This document shows positions 58,598-64,000 of a stretch of 64,000 nt of DNA, piece after piece. The position numbers and the translations under genes are program-made. This DNA is from Deltaproteobacteria bacterium. GTDB taxonomy: Bacteria; Myxococcota_A; UBA9160; SMWR01. The first letter of the stretch is position 1. Each line of letters starts with the position of its first letter. Where the stretch lies: NCBI GenBank assembly GCA_032128375.1, contig JAQBGU010000024.1:2263-66262 (forward strand). The letters run 5' to 3'. The notes below the pieces were generated by a model. It saw nothing but the letters and a program-made list of their open reading frames with translations, did no database searches and was not told the DNA's origin.

Positions 58598-59026
58598 TCA
58601 TTCGCACCTTTCCAAGATCACCACCGGGATCGTGCGATCAGTTCGCGTCCGGTAGTTGTCGTAGAACGGGTAGGATCTCTGCAGCTTCGCCCACAGTACC
58701 TCGTATTCGGCGGCGCTCGCCTCGCGCGCTTTCACCGCGATGCGATTGCGGTAGTAGCAGATCTCGGCTTCCGGATGGCTCTGCAGGTTCAGCCACCAGG
58801 CGGGGGGCTGATCGTCACCGCCGTTGGTGCCGACGACGATCCAGCGGTTCTCGTCTTCGACGCACAGAAGAGGAATCTGCCGCCGCATACCCGATCGGCG
58901 GCCGATGTGATCGAGCAGCAGGAAGCGCATCCACAGCATAGACGAACCGAGCCGGCCATCTGTCGCGAGAAAGACGAAGCGGTGTGCACGTGTAATGAAC
59001 GAGATCAACCAGCGGATATTGGGCAT
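58598..59026 (-). CDS. Deazaflavin (F420H2)-dependent nitroreductase family protein (Ddn-like)
   Basis: LLL.HIGRRSG..R..PL, NGG....PAWWLNL..HP, Y..RTDR.IPVVIL. Confidence 0.9.
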   Translation of the reverse strand: MPNIRWLISFITRAHRFVFLATDGRLGSSMLWMRFLLLDHIGRRSGMRRQIPLLCVEDENRWIVVGTNGGDDQPPAWWLNLQSHPEAEICYYRNRIAVKAREASAAEYEVLWAKLQRSYPFYDNYRTRTDRTIPVVILERCE

Positions 59027-59129
59027 TGGGGTCCTTCACCGGGGTGATGTTGTATGCCAAGCTTCAACAGCAGATGTCAAGTTGCAGTCAGTAAATCCCG
59101 TACCGTCGCCGATCGCTCGGTAGGTCCCG

Positions 59130-59930
59130 GTGGGAGCTGCGGTTTTGGATGATGAAAAACTGCTCGATGGTGGCAACCTCAATCAAGTCGTCCGCGTGGG
59201 CGACACGGTGCGTAGGGCCGCCGGCGTCTGGACTCCGGCCGTTCACGCGTTGCTCGGGCACCTTCGAGAACGGGGGTTCCTCGAGTGCCCGCGAGCGGAT
59301 GGGATCGATGAGCAAGGCCGCGAAATTCTCAGCTACCTGCCCGGTGAGACCGTCGGATCGCAAAGGCCCTGGCCCCAGTGGACCCGCTCTGACCAGACGC
59401 TATTGGACGTAGCCGATTGGCTGAACCGCTATCACCGAGCGGTTGCCGATTTCGTTCAGCCACCCGGTACGCGTTGGCGGCTGACCGAGGCGCGAGCCGC
59501 ACCCGGTGAGATCATCTGTCACAATGACGTTGCGCCGTACAACGTGGCCTGGGGCCCAACGGGCATGGTCGGCGTGTTCGATTGGGATGTCGCCGGTCCC
59601 GGAACCCGAGCACTCGACCTCGCCTTTTCCGCCTGGAATTTCGTCCCTTTGCACGCCGAAGCACTGTGTCGCGAACTCGGGTGGGCACAACAGGATCGAG
59701 CCGCGAGACTGAGGTGTTTTGTCGACGCCTACGGGCTCGAGGACCGGCGCGGGTTCGTGGACCTGATTGCAGTTCGCATGCAATCGAGTATCGATCGGAT
59801 CCAGGGCGCCGCCGCCCGCGGTGACCCTGCGTTTCGTGCGCTCGTCGACGCAGGGCATTTGGAGCCGGTTCGCGCGTCGAAGGAACGCCTGATGCGAGAC
59901 GCTAGCATGCTTCAGCGGGCAATCGACTAG
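59130..59930 (+). CDS. Aminoglycoside-phosphotransferase-fold kinase
   Basis: GGN...VVRVGDTVRR, CHNDVAPYN, FDWD. Confidence 0.85.
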   Translation: MGAAVLDDEKLLDGGNLNQVVRVGDTVRRAAGVWTPAVHALLGHLRERGFLECPRADGIDEQGREILSYLPGETVGSQRPWPQWTRSDQTLLDVADWLNRYHRAVADFVQPPGTRWRLTEARAAPGEIICHNDVAPYNVAWGPTGMVGVFDWDVAGPGTRALDLAFSAWNFVPLHAEALCRELGWAQQDRAARLRCFVDAYGLEDRRGFVDLIAVRMQSSIDRIQGAAARGDPAFRALVDAGHLEPVRASKERLMRDASMLQRAID

Positions 59931-60016
59931 ACCCAGATCCGGGTGAGAAAAGTGTTGGAGTGAAACGCGCCGGGTACGCTGGGCATCGGTAGACGGAGAG
60001 GGGAAGGGATCGCAAG

Positions 60017-61282
60017 ATGGATACCAGTCCGTTGCGTGGTGTGAGAAAGCTTGGGTTCGCAGTCGTGTTGGCGCTCACGTTGGGTGGCGCGGCCGGCATC
60101 CGTGCCGAAGAGCCGATCGTGATCGTGCTGTCGTGGGACGGTGTTCGCCACGACTATCTCGACCGTGCCGACTTCCCCGCGTTGAAGCGAATCGAGCAAC
60201 AGGGAATTCGTGCAGAGCGCCTGAACCCGGTTTTCCCGTCGAGCACGTTTCCGAACCATGTCGCTCTGGCCACTGGCACGCACGCCGATCGCCATGGGAT
60301 CGTGAACAACGTATTTCGTGACTCCAAGCGGGGTATGTACTCCTACAGCAAGGAGGCGGATTGGCTCGACGCGGAGCCGATCTGGTCGGCGGCTGAGCGA
60401 CAGGGCGTGCGGGCGGCAACGTTTTTCTGGGTCGGATCGGAAACGGACTGGCACGGTACCGGTGCAACGCTGCGCAAGACCCCGTTCGATGGGGATATCG
60501 GCGAGGCCGCAAAGGTCGACCAGATCCTGGCGTGGCTCGATTTGCCGGATGCCCAGCGTCCGAGGTTGATCATGGCGTGGTGGCACGGCACCGACGGTGT
60601 CGGACACGTGAAAGGGCCAAACCACCCCGGCATCGTGGAGCAGCTCGCGGAACAGGACTCGCACCTCGCTCGACTGCTGGCCGGGATCGACGAGCGAAAC
60701 ATCTGGGACGACACAACTTTGATGATTGTCAGCGACCACGGAATGACCGAAGTCAATCAGGTCATCGAGGTACGCGATCCCTTGAAAAATGCCGGAATCG
60801 ATGCCGATGTCATCCCGGCGGCAGCGACGGCAACGGTCTTCCTGAAGGACCCGGCCACCAAGCGCGATGCGCTGCGTGTGTTGCGCGAGATCCCGGAAGT
60901 CGCAGTCTACGCGGCCGAAGATTTGCCGGCCGAACTCCGCATCCGCCACCCGACCCGCAATGGCGACCTGATGCTGATTACGACACCGCCGAGGACATTT
61001 TTTCAGCCGGGGATGCTTCGGTCGGTGGGGATCTACGTCGCCGGGATTCTGCTCGATTGGAAGCCGGGGATGCACGGCTACGCGACGGATCATCCCGATA
61101 TGGGTGCGATCTTGTTATCGATGGGGCGCGGCGTGCCCAAGGGCGTCCGCATCGGAGCGGTCGACAACATCCACGTTGCGCCCACGATCGCAAAGCTGCT
61201 CGGAATTGCTCCCCCTGCGCAAGCGGAAGGCTCCCCGATTCCCGAATTCAGCGTAGTTGGCGCTGTCACCGGGCGAAACTAG
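60017..61282 (+). CDS. Exported nucleotide pyrophosphatase/phosphodiesterase
   Basis: SWDGVR.DY, FPSSTFPNH, HGI..N, D..GH..GP, SDHGM, HGY. Confidence 0.92.
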   Translation: MDTSPLRGVRKLGFAVVLALTLGGAAGIRAEEPIVIVLSWDGVRHDYLDRADFPALKRIEQQGIRAERLNPVFPSSTFPNHVALATGTHADRHGIVNNVFRDSKRGMYSYSKEADWLDAEPIWSAAERQGVRAATFFWVGSETDWHGTGATLRKTPFDGDIGEAAKVDQILAWLDLPDAQRPRLIMAWWHGTDGVGHVKGPNHPGIVEQLAEQDSHLARLLAGIDERNIWDDTTLMIVSDHGMTEVNQVIEVRDPLKNAGIDADVIPAAATATVFLKDPATKRDALRVLREIPEVAVYAAEDLPAELRIRHPTRNGDLMLITTPPRTFFQPGMLRSVGIYVAGILLDWKPGMHGYATDHPDMGAILLSMGRGVPKGVRIGAVDNIHVAPTIAKLLGIAPPAQAEGSPIPEFSVVGAVTGRN

Positions 61283-61363
61283 CCCAAAGCTGTGCGCGCC
61301 CGCGGGTTGTGACACCGCCGAGAATCGCGAACAGGCAGTGGAAGGACCAGACCGGACGAAAAT

Positions 61364-61394
61364 TTGCCATTTCGAATTGCGCTCTCTGTATAAT
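61364..61394 (+). promoter_or_regulatory. Possible sigma70 promoter
   Basis: TTGCCA-N19-TATAAT; spacer is long. Confidence 0.35.
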
Positions 61395-61437
61395 CGTCGA
61401 CCTCAGCCGCGAAAACCGATTCCCCATGAATCGAACC

Positions 61438-61469
61438 GGTTATTGGGTTATTGGGTTATTGGGTTATTG
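61438..61469. repeat. 8-bp tandem repeat GGTTATTG x4 abutting the RBS
   Basis: Four perfect units followed by G-AAGGAG and ATG 61484. Confidence 0.95.
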
Positions 61470-61483
61470 GAAGGAGCTCTACA

Positions 61484-63094
61484 ATGAGATCGCTCACCCG
61501 TGCCACTCTATCCAGCCTGTTGCTCGTCGGACTCATGGGTCTCATGGCTCCAGCCTGGGCAAGCCAGACCTCGGCCGTCACGGTGGTGCCTGCGCCTGAG
61601 CTTCAGGGGGAGACCCAGTCCCCTCCTTTCCGGCAAGTCACTGATTTGCTGACGCCCTACGTCGATGAGGAGTATTTCGTCTCCGGCTTGGCGGACATCT
61701 ACACCTACAACGAGGTTCCGGTTCGCGGCGAGATCATCATTCAGCCGGTGAACGCCACCTTTCCACAGACTGTCGACATTCCCTACACGACTCGGATCAT
61801 CATTCGGCGACCGGTCGACATGGCAGATTTCAGCGGGACGCTGGTGATCGAGTGGTGGAACTCCACGGGCGGCTTCGACACCGCGCCGGTCTATGACCCG
61901 ATGGCAGAGTTCGTTGGGAGAGAGGGCTGGATCTACGTCGGTGTGACCAATTCAACGACATCGATCGCGTTTTTGAAAGCCGGTTGCCTGCTGCTCGGGG
62001 CCGTCCCGGTGGCCAATTGCCAGACCCGCTATGCGGCGCTCGAGATGTCGGCAAACGGGCTCGCGTACGACATGGTCAGTCAGATCGCGAATATGTTGAA
62101 GAACAGCGCCGACCCGCAGAACCCGCTTCCGGCGGGTTTCGAGGTCGAGCGTTTGTACCACGCCGGACAATCCCAGCAGGGGGGATCGATGGTCACATAC
62201 GCGAGCGCGTTTCACTTCCCCCCGAACGACGGCTATTTCGTACAGGCCGCCAGCAGCGCGCGACCGATCAACTTCGGTCCGGTCTGCGGCAGCGTCGGTG
62301 CCCCACTCTACCCCGAGTGCACGCCGGCACTCAGCGGCGCGGACCGACTCGTCGACACGAATCTGCCGGTGCCGGTCGTGCGCGCGATGACGGAAACGGA
62401 TGTGGCTGGGGTACTCACCGGCGGCACGCGTCAAACCGACACAGCGACTTTCCGCTACTACGAAATCGCCGGCGCAACGCACGTGACCATCCACAAGAAC
62501 GTCGATGTAATCCCCGGAATTTCACTCCAGAGCTTCTGCCTGAATCCGATGAACACGCTCGCCGATGGGCCGGTGCTGGGCTCGATGCCACAGCGCGCGA
62601 TGTGGAAGAACCTCGACGAGTTCGTCCAGAACGGCACGCCGATGCCTGACAGCCTCGTGCTCGACGAGGTGGGCGGCGTCATCGCGCGAAACGTGCTTGG
62701 CAATGCCGAGGGCGGGGTGCGCACAACCGACATGGACGTACCGCTAGCGACCTACTCTCCGAACAACGAAGCCAACATCGCGGGCCTGCCGGCTTTTCTG
62801 CACAGCATCGCGCAGCTGGTCTGCCGCCTTGCTGGGTCAGTCGCGCCCTTCGGACCCGGCATCCTGAACTTCTTCTACCCCAATCACCAGATCTACGTGT
62901 CATCGGTTGCCAACCATGCCGCTGCGTTGGTCGCACAAGGTTTCCTGCTCCCAGAAGACCGCGATCTGCTGATCTTTCGAGCGTTGATTTCGGACGTTCA
63001 ATGCGGGATCGGCTTCGAACTGGCATTCGTCCTGCCGCCGATCCTATGGCTGCGACAACGACGCCGAGCGAAGGTCCGAACAGCGAAAGGCTGA
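61484..63094 (+). CDS. Exported alpha/beta-hydrolase-domain protein with C-terminal TM anchor
   Basis: Signal peptide (AWA), YVDEEYFVSG, FSGT.VIEW.N, GQSQ elbow, YEIAGATH, GNA.GGVR; C-terminal CGIGFEL-TM-RRR. Confidence 0.85.
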   Translation: MRSLTRATLSSLLLVGLMGLMAPAWASQTSAVTVVPAPELQGETQSPPFRQVTDLLTPYVDEEYFVSGLADIYTYNEVPVRGEIIIQPVNATFPQTVDIPYTTRIIIRRPVDMADFSGTLVIEWWNSTGGFDTAPVYDPMAEFVGREGWIYVGVTNSTTSIAFLKAGCLLLGAVPVANCQTRYAALEMSANGLAYDMVSQIANMLKNSADPQNPLPAGFEVERLYHAGQSQQGGSMVTYASAFHFPPNDGYFVQAASSARPINFGPVCGSVGAPLYPECTPALSGADRLVDTNLPVPVVRAMTETDVAGVLTGGTRQTDTATFRYYEIAGATHVTIHKNVDVIPGISLQSFCLNPMNTLADGPVLGSMPQRAMWKNLDEFVQNGTPMPDSLVLDEVGGVIARNVLGNAEGGVRTTDMDVPLATYSPNNEANIAGLPAFLHSIAQLVCRLAGSVAPFGPGILNFFYPNHQIYVSSVANHAAALVAQGFLLPEDRDLLIFRALISDVQCGIGFELAFVLPPILWLRQRRRAKVRTAKG

Positions 63095-63115
63095 TAGAGC
63101 TTCTCGCAGCTCTGG

Positions 63116-63178
<63 letters not shown>

Positions 63179-63185
63179 TGCTGCC

Positions 63186-64000
63186 TTACTGCGAGATACC
63201 GGCGGCCCTTTCGGCGGCGAGGACGGTTTGTTGGATTAGCATCGAGATCGTCATCGGGCCGATTCCGCCGGGTACGGGTGTGTAGGCGCTCGACAATGGG
63301 GCTGCGGCTTCGAGGTCTACGTCTCCACACCCTGCTGGGTGAAAGCCGGCGTCGACGATGACAGCGCCCGGCTTGACCCAATCGGCCTGAACGAACCGCG
63401 GCCGTCCGACTGCGGCGACGATGATGTCGGCCGTGCGCACGACGTCTGGAAGCTTCTGGGTTCGTGAGTGACAAATCGTGACGGTCGCATTTCGGTTGAG
63501 CAGCATCATAGCCACCGGCTTGCCGAGGATCGGGCTACGGCCGATTACCACCGCGTGCTTGCCCTCGATGTCGATCTTGTAGTGATCGAGTGTGCAGATG
63601 ATTCCAGCAGGTGTCGCGCTTCCGAATGCGCGTTCGCCCATCGCCATGAGCCCAAACCCGAGCGCCGTCACCCCATCGACGTCTTTTGAGACCCTGATCC
63701 GGTCGAAGCAGCGTCGTTCGTCGATCTGCTCGGGAACGGGATGCTGAAGCAAAATGCCGTGAACGTCTTGATTGTCATTGAGTTCGTCGATCTTCGCGAG
63801 CAGTTCCCCGGTCGTCGTCTCGTGTGACATCTCGACTTTCATCGAGTCCATACCAACACGGCGGCAGGCGTTTCCCTTCATCCGAACGTACGTCGCGGAA
63901 GCGGGGTCACTCCCCACCAAGATCGTCGCGAGGATCGGCGTGCGATCGCCGTTTTTCGCCTTGATGTGAGCTACCCGGCGCGAGAGTTCGGCCTCCGTGT
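63186..64000 (-). CDS. folD: Methylenetetrahydrofolate dehydrogenase/cyclohydrolase (5' end outside window)
   Basis: [39 protein letters not shown]. Confidence 0.96.
   Translation of the reverse strand, partial: TEAELSRRVAHIKAKNGDRTPILATILVGSDPASATYVRMKGNACRRVGMDSMKVEMSHETTTGELLAKIDELNDNQDVHGILLQHPVPEQIDERRCFDRIRVSKDVDGVTALGFGLMAMGERAFGSATPAGIICTLDHYKIDIEGKHAVVIGRSPILGKPVAMMLLNRNATVTICHSRTQKLPDVVRTADIIVAAVGRPRFVQADWVKPGAVIVDAGFHPAGCGDVDLEAAAPLSSAYTPVPGGIGPMTISMLIQQTVLAAERAAGISQ

Noticed and set aside
59130-59930. Bona fide aminoglycoside resistance gene
   Set aside because: Only the generic APH kinase fold is evident; substrate cannot be inferred and there is no mobile context.

Overview
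GC-rich bacterial chromosome segment. Gene content (PEP-CTERM, many sulfatase-like proteins, sigma54 regulators, lipid-catabolic enzymes) suggests an uncultured Myxococcota/deltaproteobacterium-like organism; that placement is inference. About 50 CDSs: lipid/acyl-CoA catabolism, envelope and secreted proteins, yhaO/yhaN, a Zn-free ribosomal protein trio (rpsN, rpmE2, rpmB), folD (partial) and tRNA-Arg(GCG). Main points of interest: (1) a 1.8-kb CTAG-bounded element (42868-44678) with hairpinned ends, encoding a single ~530-aa protein with Rep_trans-like motifs and a C-terminal HTH, abutting a broken IS; this is a candidate undescribed rolling-circle transposon. (2) A sigma54 envelope-stress-like module: two paralogous 2-TM histidine kinases, an NtrC-type regulator, PspA, and a sigma54-driven small protein plus an ACP lacking its phosphopantetheine Ser. 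(3) A UGA-recoded ArsC-like selenoprotein with a SECIS-like hairpin, split by the ORF caller. (4) A CGxGFEL-TM-RRR C-terminal sorting-signal candidate. (5) An active plus dead Deg protease pair. (6) Several intergenic tandem repeats. All family assignments come from motif recognition, with no database search.
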